This document shows, in pieces, positions 1 through 13,831 of a DNA stretch of 64,000 nt. Location: assembly GCA_951406725.2 (NCBI GenBank), contig OX597824.1, positions 17,856,001 to 17,920,000 of the forward strand. The letters are read 5' to 3'. Made by a program: the position numbers and the translations under genes. This DNA is from Octopus vulgaris (Eukaryota). The notes under the pieces are model-generated. The model made no database searches. It saw only the letters and a program-made list of their open reading frames with translations, and had not been told where the DNA came from. The first letter of the stretch is position 1; the number at the start of each line of letters is the position of its first letter.

Positions 1-639
1 ATTTTCTTGATTAAAACACATTAATCTCCCATCTCCTATGCATTTTTTGCACACACTTATTCATACACAGACACACACACATAAATTAGCGCGCGCTTAC
101 GGTATATATATAAAGATACACAGAAATTCCACCCAAGTGGCTAATGCACACAGATACCGAAATCCTCTCCATTATAGACATAATAGGCTGAAATAAACCC
201 ATAGAAATCTCACACAACACTTAAAGACACATTGAAGATTTAGATTTACACGTGAAAATGAACTCCCACGTTCATAGATATAATACATATATACCCGTCT
301 TCACAAGAGCCTTAAACACCAATACCACCCCGAAATCACCCCCAGCCGTATACCAACTCCCCACACAGCAATTCTTTCTACATTTATTCCTCTCCTGGAT
401 AACTCATCAATTTAGTTTTACGTCGATGTTTCCGTCTAAGTATGTGTGCGATTGCATTGTATTTAGTGGATGTGCGTGTAGTTCAGTGTGTACGTGTTTT
501 CTTTTCTTCGCCACTTTCGTTTTCATTAACTGTCTCCTCTAATCTTCGGGGACAAGGAATATTCCTTTTGATCTTTTTTCTAATATCTTCTAAAAGAAAC
601 AATAAAAAAATTATTTTTTGTAGCAACTTCTTTTTTTGG

Positions 640-1790
<1,151 letters not shown>

Positions 1791-2365
1791 TATGTAGTAT
1801 TATCTCTAAATATAGCGCTGCTTGATCTCACCATACAACTGATGACAGGTGCTGTTATACATTTACAAAATGTCTAGAAACATTGCCTCCTGCACGGCTC
1901 CCCCGACACCACAGAAACACGCAACGCACCGTCCCCCCCCCCCACCACCACCTACATATCTCAGCCTCCCAAAAACCCCCATTCCCTTCCCATCGAAATA
2001 TCTCTCCCTCCATTCGTTTTACTTAATTTCGCTTTAAGTGTGAGAGTGATTGTCTCAAACGTGAAATAAGGAAAGAAGCACACGTTTGTGTGGAATTTAA
2101 TTTCTTCTTCGACAGCCACCAATTTATTTCTCGTACACAAAACAAATCATAATCTTTTGTCCTTTACAATACGCCGTGATAGGAATGGTAACGAGCAAAC
2201 AATGAATTGTAAAATATGACTTATTATACTTCAGTCTAAATACAACAGAACCATTCTACTTGGAAAAACATGAATGAAAAAAAATCTCTCTCTATCTCTC
2301 TCCCTCTTTCATTTGCTTTCTCTCTCTCTCTATCTCTCTTCCGGTTACCATATATATTATATATA

Positions 2366-2456
<91 letters not shown>

Positions 2457-2525
2457 ATATGTATATATATATATATATAAATATATACATATATATATAC
2501 ATATATATGTATATGTATATATATG

Positions 2526-2556
<31 letters not shown>

Positions 2557-2973
2557 GTATATATATATATATATATAATACATACATACATATATATATG
2601 CTACATATATACATACATATATATATACTACTACATATATACATATATATATATACGTATATACATATATACATATATATGTATAAATATATATATATAG
2701 CTAGCAAGATAGATATATAGATAGATAGATAGAGATATAGATGTATGCTTCTATCTCACGATTGTGACTGTGACATATATATTACAGACACGCGCACACA
2801 TATATACACACATGTATAAACGTTTGCTGATGCAAGCAGGAAAAGTAGGACACAAAATATGAATATATGTTTATTTCGATAAGTGATGTTCGATGAGCAC
2901 CAATAAACGAAACTCTCAGTCCTTGAGTCACTGTTGCTTCTGCAGTGGTTGTATGGTAAGGACCTTGTTGAGT

Positions 2974-3141
2974 ACGGCCATGCTGGAGCACCGCTTGTAT
3001 TCGAACAAATCGACTCAAGAAATCATTCTTTGTGAGCCTAGTACTCGACCGTCTTTTTTTGGGGCTAACTGCTATATTACCAGGTCGTAAACACGCCAAA
3101 ATCGGTTATCAAGTGATGGTGGGGGACAAACACGAGCATAT

Positions 3142-3238
<97 letters not shown>

Positions 3239-3438
3239 CATGTATGTATGTAGGTATATATGTATTTATACCTGACGGGCTTCTTTCAATGCCCATCTAA
3301 CAAATCCTCCACTCACAAGGCTTTGGTTGGCACGAGGCTATATTAGAAAACACTTTCCCAAGGAGCCACATGGTAAGACTGAACCCGGAACCATGTGGCT
3401 GGTAAGGAAGTTACTTACCACACAGCCACTCCTGCGCC
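2974..3438 (-). mobile_element. SINE family A (tRNA-derived head, internal microsatellite, LINE-like tail)
   Basis: Reverse complement of GGCGCAGGAGTGGCTGTGTGGTAAG (A box) ... GGTTCAGTC (B box), internal (CA)n, tail GCGGTGCTCCAGCATGGCC; about 15 related copies in the window. Confidence 0.9.
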
Positions 3439-3462
3439 TGTGTATACACACACACGCACACA

Positions 3463-3524
<62 letters not shown>

Positions 3525-3733
3525 CATATATATATATCATATATACATATATATGAATTGGTATATCAATTTTATTATTTTGGGGCTTGTTTATTTTGTC
3601 TCTTTTTCTTCTCTCCTGGTGCTATATGAACATTTAATGTGGTTTTAAAGTCTTTAGAGTCACGTTTTGGCTACTATTTCCAGCGTGGTGTTATCTCTTA
3701 GATACCCTAAATTATAATTTGATATATATATAT

Positions 3734-3780
3734 CAACGGCGGTGCATCAGCATGGCCGCAGCTCTGAGCTGAAACTAGAG
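3734..3780 (+). mobile_element. Isolated 3' terminus of CR1/L2-like LINE
   Basis: CAACGGCGGTGCATCAGCATGGCCGCAGCTCTGAGCTGAAACTAGA resembles the 3' end of the LINE relic at 26652-26700 and the SINE A tail. Confidence 0.55.
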
Positions 3781-4429
3781 AGAACATATATATATATATA
3801 TATATATATAGTGAGAGAGAGATATATGCACACTCATAATTTCACTCGTATTTTCATGGCTGTGTATATATGTGCATGTGATAATATATGTATATGCATA
3901 TTTACATATGGACCACCACAGAGATATCTCTTTTCTTGCATACGTTTCAAACGAGCGTTGAAAGTCGTAAACGTCACAAGTGATTTGCTTTAATATTTAA
4001 GTTGTTTTGGGAACTGTCACTTTTATATCGTAGTAACAAGCAATATATTTATTAAAGATTCTTTCTTACGAAATAATTTTAGGAATTTTTTCATTTTTCA
4101 AAACTCTGTTATTAAAGTATATTCTTTGAGATTACGAAATGTTCATCGCAAGAAATATCAATTTCTAAGAACGTCACTCACTCACACGTTTTCGTAGTAC
4201 ATAATGTCGATCAAAGTAACTGTAGTGCATGGTTACATTTTCAAAATTGGGTTTCTATTCGCAGAGAAACCCAACCGAATTCTAGTTAAACCTCTCGAAC
4301 AAATCTAAATTTCAGTTTTGCTAACTTATATCTCGTATTTACATATTTAAATTTACATATTCAAATGCTATCTCTGTATATAATACTGTAACATTCTATA
4401 ATTCTTGTTGAGAATTCCCTGATGCATTA

Positions 4430-4977
4430 CCAAGGAGTGGCTCCCGTGGCTTCTGATCTTAACTGATTGGAAGTGTTATCATGTACATTGCTTTGTCTTG
4501 GTATAAATGATGGGCTATAGCAAATATTCAGCTCCATACCACAGATTTGCTTGTCAGTTGTTTGACCGTAACCAGTTGAGCATGTCCCTTAGTGGCTGAC
4601 GACATGTGCATCTCTGATCATGAGCAAAAGTAGTGGCAGAGCATCATAGCCATTTGTTGAGAGGGATTCTTTGGGGTTTGAATAATTCATCTCTGGAAAC
4701 ATGGGTGTTTCGTTCAACATCCTTAAACAACTCTTATTCAGGGACCTTTTGAGCGGCATGGGCTACTCGACCTGAAGAAAATTCTAACTGGGCCCCACCT
4801 GCAAGGTCATGTGCTGTTTATCTTGATATGAGATCACCATGTCGCGCACATATGGTTGTGATGCATGTGCCTGGTGCACCCTTATCAGACGGGTAGTCAT
4901 GATGGGTATACTGGGCTTCGTATATTTTACCCCAGTGTCACTTTGATGGCATGAACTGCTCTCTCACTCAATAATGA
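4430..4977 (+). mobile_element. Probable 3' UTR of a 5'-truncated non-LTR retrotransposon (R4/Dong-like)
   Basis: GC-richer non-coding block ending CTCTCTCACTCAATAAT next to trinucleotide repeats; recalled as a common octopus repeat, clade is inference. Confidence 0.5.
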
Positions 4978-5129
4978 TTAATCTCTACCACTACCACCAC
5001 CACCACCACCACCACCACCACCACAACAACAACCACAACAACAACAACAACAGCAACAACTATAACACTGTTGCTCGAGAAAATATACCTCACTGAGGAT
5101 ATTCTTCAAGTATAATACTTATGGTATAA

Positions 5130-5360
5130 GGCGGCGAGCTGGCAGAAACGATAGCATGCCGGGCGAAATGCTTAGTGGTATTTCGTCTGCCGTTACGTTC
5201 TGAGTTCAAAATTCCGCCGAGGTCGACTTTGCCTTTCATCCTTTCGGGGTCGATAAATTAAGTACCAGTTACGCACTGGGGTCGATGTAATAGACTTAAT
5301 CCGTTTGTCTGTCCTTGTTTGTTCCCTCTGTGTTTAGCCCCTTGTGGGTAGTAAAAAAAT
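5130..5360 (+). mobile_element. SINE family B, monomer
   Basis: Head GGCGGCGAGCTGGCAGAAACG, B box GAGTTCAAAATTC, body GTCGACTTTGCCTTTCATCCTTTCGGGGTCGATAAATTAAGTACCAG; flanking repeat TATAATACTTA. Confidence 0.9.
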
Positions 5361-6329
5361 ATATAATACTTAATTCTTTGAAAAACTACATTGAAGTTGG
5401 AATAAGGGAATATTGTAGTATGGGACACAGTGCTCATTCTGCTATTCCATTGCAGTCTTCCTTCAACCTAATGCTTTTTTTTTTTTTTTTGGTTCTTTTC
5501 GTGTTAATTCTACAATTCAGCCGAGAATTGACTATATAAAGACATGCTTCTTCTAACATCCTCCGTGATCATTTCATGTGCCAACCGCATGCACTTTTTT
5601 TTCTTTTCGTTTGCTATTACTTTGGAAAAAAAACAAAAAAAACAGAAAAAAATTCTTCCAGCAGTGATAATGGTTTGCTACCCTGTGTCTCACCAAATAC
5701 GACACGCTCACGTAGCAAGCTGCCTGAATGTTGAGAAGTTAGTGTGTGTAACACTCTATCTGCCTTTTCGTTCTCCTCTCCGACACCCAATAGTCCCCTC
5801 GCCATCTTTCTGTTCTTGCGATGTACGGTAATAGACTGATGTCAGACATATTACATGAAATGCGCTTTATTTTATTTTTGTCAAATATTTTTTCTGTTTT
5901 CTTTTTGATTTCCTCTGTCACGGTCTACAGAATCTAGGTATTCTACTTTTTTCACTTCCAGTACCAGAGAACCATATGTTATGGCTGGCACTGCGAAAAG
6001 TTTATGCTGCACATATGGTATGTTTGCAATTTAGACGAGGTTAGGAGCAGTGTTATGACTGACATAACATTTATATCTAGTTCACATTCTCATAGCTCCC
6101 CGTACACACACGTACACACATGCACACACACACATACACACACATACACAGAGATTTTCCTTCATCTTTGTCTAGGTATTTTTTTTTAAATATTATAGTA
6201 CGACTTACACGTTATCTCCCTTGTATGAAGTTCAAACTCGTGTCCCACGTGACTGTCTGTCATATCTTCAGTCGCACATTTTATTTATTTATTTATTTTC
6301 TTTTTCAATTTAAAGGACATATTAATGCG

Positions 6330-6756
6330 TTTACTCTTTTACTCTTCTACTTGTTTCAGTCATTTGACTGTGGCCATGCTGGAGCACCGCCTTTAGTCGA
6401 GCAAATCGCCCCCAGGACTTATTCTTTGTAAGCCTAGTACTTACTCTATCGGTCTCTTTTGCCGACCGAATCGTTAAGTTACGGAGACGTAAACACACCA
6501 GCATCGCTGGTCACACATGCATATATATACACGCGCGCGCGCACACACACACACACGCGCGCACACACACGCACATATATATATACATATATACGACGGG
6601 CTTCTTTCAGTTTCCATTTACCAAATCCACTCACAAGGCTTTGATCGGCCCGAGGCTATAGAAAAAGACACTTGTCCAGGGAGCCACGCAGTGGGACTGA
6701 ACCCGGAACTATGTCGTTGGTAAGCAAGCCACTTACCACACAGCCACTCCTACACC
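6330..6756 (-). mobile_element. SINE family A, near full length
   Basis: Head at 6756 (revcomp of GGTGTAGGAGTGGCTGTGTGG), GTAAAAGA-type tail at 6330. Confidence 0.9.
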
Positions 6757-7127
6757 TATTTATTAAATTACCTTTAGGAATAGCTGACGTTTCCGTAATT
6801 TAGGTACCAATAGCAGAATATAGATTGTGAGGTAGATACATAGTTGCTTACATAGACATACACACATGCCCAATTGTGCACACAGGCATAAGGGTACACA
6901 TACACACGCACCCACGCACATACGCATATATACACACGCAAAAATACACACAATGTCAATGTAAAAATAGATACGTATATACGTAAGTATGTATGCATGG
7001 ATGTTCGAATGTCAATGTCCAGTTTTATTTCATGATTTCTTGCCAGTAGAGAAAGGACCGGTTTCTAATCTAGATTCAAGGCTCCTTCACTCGAATTTCA
7101 ACAACATCAACAGAATATTTGCTCATG

Positions 7128-7504
7128 TCATCATCATCATCTTCCTCACCATCGTTTATCGTCCATTTGCCATGCTGGCATGGGTTGGACGGTTTGACTG
7201 GGGACTGACAAGCCAGGAGGTTGCACCAATCTGATATGGCATTGTTTCAACAGCTGGATGCCGTTCCTAACGCCAACCACTCCGAGACTGTAGTGGGTGA
7301 TTTTTACGTGTCACCGGCACGGGCGCCAGTCAAGCGGCACTGGCATTGGCCACGTTCGGATGGTGCCTTTTACGTGTCACCGGCACAGGAGCCAGTCGGG
7401 GTGAGGTGCTGCCATCGACCTCGTTCGGATGATCCTCTTTACCTGCCATGGCACGGGGAGCCAGTCAGGCGCCTCTGGCAATGACCCATCCATGAATGGT
7501 GCTT
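7128..7504 (-). mobile_element. RTE-tailed non-autonomous retroelement with three internal ~68-bp tandem repeats
   Basis: Minus-strand 3' end CCGTCCAACCCATGCCAGCATGGCAAATGGACGATAAACGATG with degenerate (GAT)n tail; unit TTTACGTGTCACCGGCAC...GCCAGTC...CGGATGGTGC repeated three times. Confidence 0.65.
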
Positions 7505-7730
7505 ATTATATATGTGTCATGTGAGTTTGTGTGTCTGTGTTTGTCCCCCCAACATCGCTTGACAATCGATGCTGGTGTCTTTACGTACCCGTAACTTAGC
7601 TGTCCGACAAAAGAGACCGATAGAATAAGTACTAGGTTTACAAAGAATAAGTCCTTGGGTCGATTTGCTCGTCGAAAGACGGTGCTCCGGCATGGCCGCA
7701 TTCAAGTGATTGAAGCAAGTAAAAGAGTAC
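7502..7730 (+). mobile_element. SINE family A 3' module (headless)
   Basis: TGTTTGTCCCCCCAACATCGCTTGACAA...GTAAAAGAG. Confidence 0.85.
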
Positions 7731-8069
7731 TCCAGTACCCCAATAGATACATATATAGTTATGAACTTGTAATCTGAGTAGGTAACTGTAGATTTCTCAA
7801 TAGTTTTCTGTAGGTGTTTTCTCTTACTTTCGTCTTACGTTAACATCCACTGGACTACTAATGTATGTATATTGATATGTATGTATTATGAATGTATTAT
7901 GTGTGTGTGTGTGTGGGGGGGGTGCATGCATGTGAGTGCATATATAAAGCCTTGCCACATGTATTAGTAAATGGATGTTATCATAGCAACAGGAATTCAA
8001 GATACTGACAGAGAGAAATGGTACCACCATTTTTATTTAATTCTGATGATTGCTGGTATAAGCTGTTCC

Positions 8070-8217
8070 CTTATTTCTTTATTGCCCACAAAAGGCAAAG
8101 CGTAGAGGGGACAAACAAGGACAGACGAACGGATTAAGCCGATTACATCGACCCCAGTGCGTAATTGGTACTTAATTTATCGACCCCAAAAGGATGAAAG
8201 GCAAAGTCGACCTCGGC
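8070..8217 (-). mobile_element. SINE family B, 5'-truncated
   Basis: Reverse complement of B body and tail (GGACAAACAAGGACAGACGAACGGATTAAG...GGCAAAGTCGACCTCGGCG). Confidence 0.85.
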
Positions 8218-8450
8218 GTACTCTTTTACTCGCTTCAATCATTTGAATGCGGCCATGTCGGAGCACCGCTTTTCGACGAGCAAATCGACCTAAGGACTTA
8301 TTCTTTGTAAACCTAGTACTTATTCTATCGGTCTCTTTTGTCGGACAGCTAAGTTACGGGGACGCAAAGACACCAGCATCGATTGTCAAGCGATGTTGGG
8401 GGGACAAACACAGACACACAAACCCACATGACACACATATATAATAAGCA
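8218..8450 (-). mobile_element. SINE family A 3' module, inverted twin of 7502-7730
   Basis: Shares private variants and both endpoints with 7502-7730. Confidence 0.85.
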
Positions 8451-9086
8451 TTACTCTTATAAAAAAACCACCTCAAACTCTCTCTAAGACTTTTTGTCAA
8501 GTCTAGTCAGAGAGATGAATGTAGCTCCCCTCCTATAGAAGTAGAGCAACGGAGGTAGGGGTTGAGAAATAAACTCAAATAAGCTAAATCGCGTGCTGAC
8601 GCTGTGTTTTGCAAAAATAGATACTATGAGATTAATGAAGGGTGTCAAACGCTCACATATGGAAATTAGGCTATTAACTATGGTGATACTCTAATTAGTG
8701 ACTGCTTATAGACTGCTGATATATGCTTTTAATAGGCGACGGAAGCCGAGGAAATCTCAGTGAAGCTGTTAAGAAACTGTTAAACAACATAATTGCAAAA
8801 ACATTTCTACTTCTTTGTATACGTCAGTAATTATAGAATAAAAAGGATTTACATTCTTATTTTACCCACAGTGGGGCTTTAAAATATTTATATGCGTATC
8901 CTTAATTTTTCTTTGCGCAGAAATGAATATTTACTCAGATAAATATTTGTTTTGAACGGATGTTTATTTATGAATATATGCAGATAATTCTCTCGCTTTT
9001 TCTCCCGTCGTCCTTTCTATCATTCATTCGTTCTCTCACTCTCCCTTTCTCTCAATGTGCTTGCATACATACACATATATATCGTC

Positions 9087-9298
9087 ATGGCATTCGGTTA
9101 CGTTGACGAGGGTTCCAGTTGATCCGTTCAACCGAACAGCCAGCTCGTGAAATTAACGTGCAAGTGGCTGAGCACTCCATAGACACGTGTACCCTTAACG
9201 AAGTTCTCGGGGAGATTCATTGTGACATAGTGTGTGACAAAGCTGGCCCTTTGAAATATGGGTACAACAGAAACAGAAAGAGTAAGAGAAAGTTGTGG
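9087..9298 (-). mobile_element. SINE family C 3' half (RTE-like tail)
   Basis: Reverse complement of 42790-43005 (GGGTACACGTGTCT...TTTCACGAGC...GGAACCCTCGTC). Confidence 0.8.
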
Positions 9299-9850
9299 GG
9301 GCTAAATATAGAGGGGACAAACAAGGGCAGACAAAGGTTTAAATCGATTAAATCAACCCAGTGCGTAACTTGTGCTTATTTAATCGATCCCGAAATAAAT
9401 GACGAAAGATGAAGTCGACCTTGGTTGTGTCTGAACTCAGAACATAAAGATAGACGAAATACCTATTTCTTTACTGCCCACAAGGGGCTACACACAGAGG
9501 GGACGAACACGGACAGACAAACGGATTAAGTCGATTATATCGACCCCAGTGCGTAACTGGTACTTAATTTATCGGCCCCGAAAGGATGAAAGACAAAGTC
9601 GACCTTGGCGGAGTTTGAACTCAGAACGTAAAGAGAGACAAAATACCTTTCTTTACTACCCACAAGCGGCTAAACACAAAGAGGACAAACAGGGACAGAC
9701 AAGCGGGTTAAGTCGATTATATCGACCCCAGTGCGTAACTGGTACTTATTTAATCGACCCCGAAAGGATAAAATGCAAAACTGACCTCGTCGGAATTTGA
9801 ATTCAGAACGTAACGGCAGACGAAATAATGCAAAGCATTTCGTCAGCTTC
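9297..9850 (-). mobile_element. SINE family B trimer
   Basis: Three ~184-bp units joined by GACGAAATACCTATTTCTTTACT-type junctions; partial head at about 9850. Confidence 0.85.
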
Positions 9851-9942
9851 CCCAATAAATATTGAGAGGTTTCCCGTTGAAATTATGGAGGAAAGAATTA
9901 ATTCCTAATGTTAATATTTAATAGCATCTATGATAAACAAGG

Positions 9943-9981
<39 letters not shown>

Positions 9982-10242
9982 GGGGGAGCGAGCATAGTAG
10001 AGACGAGAGATTGGGTAAGAAACTCGATAGATTAAAAAAATAACGAATACTTAGATTTGTGGTATCTAAAGTGCTAAAAATAAGGATATCAATACTATCG
10101 ATATTATATATCGATACCGGTGTTATCTTGATTGATTATCATAGAGTCACAGTGAAACACACACCATTAGCGACAATAATTATGCATAATTGCTTGACTG
10201 AAAAATAAAACACATACTCGCACGAGTTTCTGTATGTTCGTA

Positions 10243-10381
10243 TGTATGATTATGTATTCATACGCACACACATGTCTATCTAGCAACACACACACATATA
10301 TATATACATACACACACACATATATAAATATGTATGTATATATGTATATATATATGTATATGTATAGACACACACACACAC

Positions 10382-10445
<64 letters not shown>

Positions 10446-10586
10446 GTGTGTGTGTCTATACATATACATATATATATATACATATATACATACATATTTA
10501 TATATGTGTGTGTGTATGTATATATATATATATGTGTGTGTGTTGCTAGATAGACATGTGTGTGCGTATGTATACATAATCATACA
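10243..10586. repeat. Near-perfect ~345-bp palindrome centred on (TA)n
   Basis: TGTATGATTATGTATTCATACGCACACACATGTCTATCTAGCAAC mirrored by GTTGCTAGATAGACATGTGTGTGCGTATGTATACATAATCATACA. Confidence 0.9.
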
Positions 10587-10710
10587 GTTACAATCAGACG
10601 CAGATACATACACCTATAAGTACAGATACGTGTGTAAAAAGATATGAATAGTCATACATACACATATGTGAGTGTGTGTTTGCGTGAGAGTGTATATATA
10701 TATGTATATA

Positions 10711-10876
10711 GGTGCAGGAGTGGCTGAGTGGTAAGTAGCTTGTTTACCAACCAGATGGTTCCGGGTTCAGTCACACTGCGTTTGAGCAAGTGCCTTCTAC
10801 TATAGCCTCGGGCCGACCAAAGCCATGTGAGTGGATTTTGGTTGACGGAAATTGAAAGAAGCCCGTTGCATATATG

Positions 10877-10923
<47 letters not shown>

Positions 10924-11120
10924 TTGTGTGTCTGTGTTTGTCCCCCCCAACATTGCTTGACAACTGATGCTGGTTTGCTTTCGACATCATAACTTAGCGG
11001 TTCGACAAAACAGACCGATAGAATAAGTACTAGGCTTACAAAGAATAAGTCCTGTGGTCCATTAGCTCGACGAAAGGTGGTGCTCCAGCATAGCCGCAAT
11101 CAAATGACTGAAACAAGTAA
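10711..11120 (+). mobile_element. SINE family A, full length
   Basis: GGTGCAGGAGTGGCTGAGTGGTAAG head through GACTGAAACAAGTAAAA tail. Confidence 0.9.
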
Positions 11121-11128
11121 AATATATC

Positions 11129-11359
11129 TCTTTCTTTACTACCCACAAGGGGTTAAACACAGAGAGGACAAACAATGACAGACAAACAGATTAAGTCGAT
11201 TATATCGACCCTAGTACGTAACTGGTACTTATTTAATCGACCCCGAAAGGATGAAAGGCAAAGTCGACCTCGGCGGAATTTGAACTCAGAACGTAGCGGC
11301 AGACGAAATACCGATAAGCATTTCGCCCGGCGTGCTAACGATTCTGCCAGCTCGCCGCC
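11129..11359 (-). mobile_element. SINE family B inserted in the tail of SINE A
   Basis: Full head and body; 16-bp TSD ACAAGTAAAATATATC at 11113-11128 and 11360-11375. Confidence 0.92.
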
Positions 11360-11726
11360 ACAAGTAAAATATATCGTATAGTGTATGTGTGTGAGTGTGC
11401 TTATGTTTGTGATTATAAGATCAGCTGTGTCTTTGTGTATGTGGGTGCGTATTTGCGCACCTAAAACTACGTGAGCATACGAACCTACGCGACTTTTATT
11501 GCTTAATACTTAGAGAAATGAAAACAAAAAAAAAGTGTATATTTACGCATAATTATTTGTATACATAATATATTTTTAATATTCCCCTTTCTAACTTAAG
11601 TTTGTTTATCGGAGTAATTAGATAGCGTTCTGATATTTGCACTGATTATAAAAGTATTCATCTGTATTGATTTATTCGTTTGCGAAACCAGAGAAAATTA
11701 TCAAATAAAAAATAGAGAAGCATACA

Positions 11727-11817
<91 letters not shown>

Positions 11818-12009
11818 CTTTATATATATATATATATATCCTTATGTTTAGAAAGAAATGTTGTTAATATATATTTCCAACTGGACTCTGTAACATACCA
11901 TTCTACGGCAGCAACCTACATTACCTGTGATTTTATCAATTTTACCTTTGTTTTTAATATAACGGGAAATCATCTCAGAACAGAAATTATGAAATATATG
12001 ATGCACACG

Positions 12010-12060
<51 letters not shown>

Positions 12061-12310
12061 TCATATATGTGTGTCTGTGTGTTTGTGTGCAGGTGTTTGT
12101 GTCAAATGCCTTCAAGATCTTTATATATATATATACATATATTTATATACCCACAAAAGAAGGCATAAATAATGGTCATTATATTATTGTTATTGATATA
12201 TTTAATTAATCGGCCCATTTTTAACCTACTGTACTGACAGGGAGCTTATAAAGTTTTTGCACGAATGGATAATCTTTCACTAATATATATATATATATAT
12301 ATAAGAGAGA

Positions 12311-12449
12311 GATGACCACTAAGTGGACATCCATTTTGCGAGAAGTCTACCCCTATGGTCTTACGACCAAGAAAGGAATGTTCTCAAGAAAATTCCAGAA
12401 CAGTATGGGTTCGACTTCTAGTATAACGGAGGCTCACTTAGTGGTCATC
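12311..12449. repeat. Fold-back hairpin element (MITE-like or PLE inverted end)
   Basis: Perfect 15-bp inverted repeat GATGACCACTAAGTG/CACTTAGTGGTCATC extending imperfectly for about 45 bp. Confidence 0.7.
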
Positions 12450-12840
12450 AATCTTATATGTATTTAATATAATTTTTCTATATGCTAGACCACTGGTTTA
12501 CAATTGATATTAATCAAATTAATATTCAATTTTTCACCCTTGTTATTTTAAATTTATATAGATATATATATATAATTTTAATGTGATTCTTTATATTGCA
12601 AAATCGACTTCGAAATAGAAACTTCAAATTCGTTGCTAGAAATTACTCAAGCAATGTTTTTGATTGCAGAGAGCAACTCTGTCATATTACAAATAATGAA
12701 GGCCTTTGTTTCAGTCGTAGTCTTGATATCCTTCTAAAAGGCGACCGGTATATGTACCCGCCTCGTTTTTGTTAATCAGACAAGAGCAGCAATCATCGAA
12801 TGAGGTTGGTACAAGATTAATTAACTATCAGCTTATATTA

Positions 12841-12935
12841 CTGTATTGCGGGACGGTCATTTTATTAATTTATTATTTATTTATCTATTTATCTATTGCC
12901 AAATAAACATACGCACTATATATTCGTTTTTCAAT
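12841..12935 (-). mobile_element. Penelope-like terminus fragment
   Basis: GTATTGCGGGACGGTCAT and AAACATACGCACTATATATT resemble 15580-15640. Confidence 0.5.
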
Positions 12936-13409
12936 CTTTCGTCATACACCTATGATCCCATGTGCTTATTTGGCAAAAAAAAAAAATAATAATAAATAAA
13001 GTAAATCAGGAATATTGCAACGCAAATTCATAAACGTATCGGCTTATAATTTTTCAGCTGCTCTTTAAGTACGAATAAATAAAGGAAACATAGTTACTCT
13101 CTGCAGATTATTTCATGTGAGAATTGATCTATTACGTCAAATAATAACCATTTCAAAAGCAAGTCTAGACATCTTATATGCCTCTATACTGTGGTTTGAC
13201 GTGATAGAATTAGCGTACCACACATTTATCGCATAAAAAGAAGAGGAATCGGCATTGATAGATACCAAAAATTTCAGGCCATGTGCTATTGTTGAAAGGA
13301 TATTACTGCTGTGTATACTGTTGAGTGATCTTACAGTATTAAATTTTGCTTTTACATTAGTGCTGTTACACTAGTTACAATGTGAAGAATCCGCTATTAT
13401 ACATATATA

Positions 13410-13831
13410 CGCGTAGGGGTGGCTGTGTGGTGAGTAGCTTGCTTGCGAACCACATGGTTCTGGGTTCAGTCACACTGCGTGGCACCTTGGGCAAGTGTCT
13501 TCTACTATAACCTCGGGCCGACCGAAGCCTTTTGAGTGGATTTGGTAGACGGAAACCGAAAGAAGCACGTCGTACATATGTTTATGTATATATGTGTATG
13601 TTTGTGTGTATATGTTTGTGTGTCAGTGTGTGTCCCCCCCCCCCCGACATCGCTTGACAACCAATGCTGTGTTTACGTCCGCGTAACTGAGCGGTTCGGT
13701 AAAACAGACCGATAGAATAAGTACTAGGCTTACAAAGAATAAGTCCTGGAGTCGATTTGCTTGATCGACTAAAGGAGGTGCTCCAGCATGGCCACAGTCA
13801 AATGACTGAAACAAATAAAAGAGTAAAAGAG
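13410..13831 (+). mobile_element. SINE family A, full length
   Basis: Head, internal microsatellite, tail AAAAGAGTAAAAGAG. Confidence 0.9.

Noticed and set aside
1836-1890. CTGATGA...GAAAC on the plus strand
   Set aside because: Stems I and III cannot form in the required register.
2020-2075. miR-219-like TGATTGTCTCAAACG in a weak hairpin
   Set aside because: Only the seed and a few bases match, and the seed lies in the loop of the fold.
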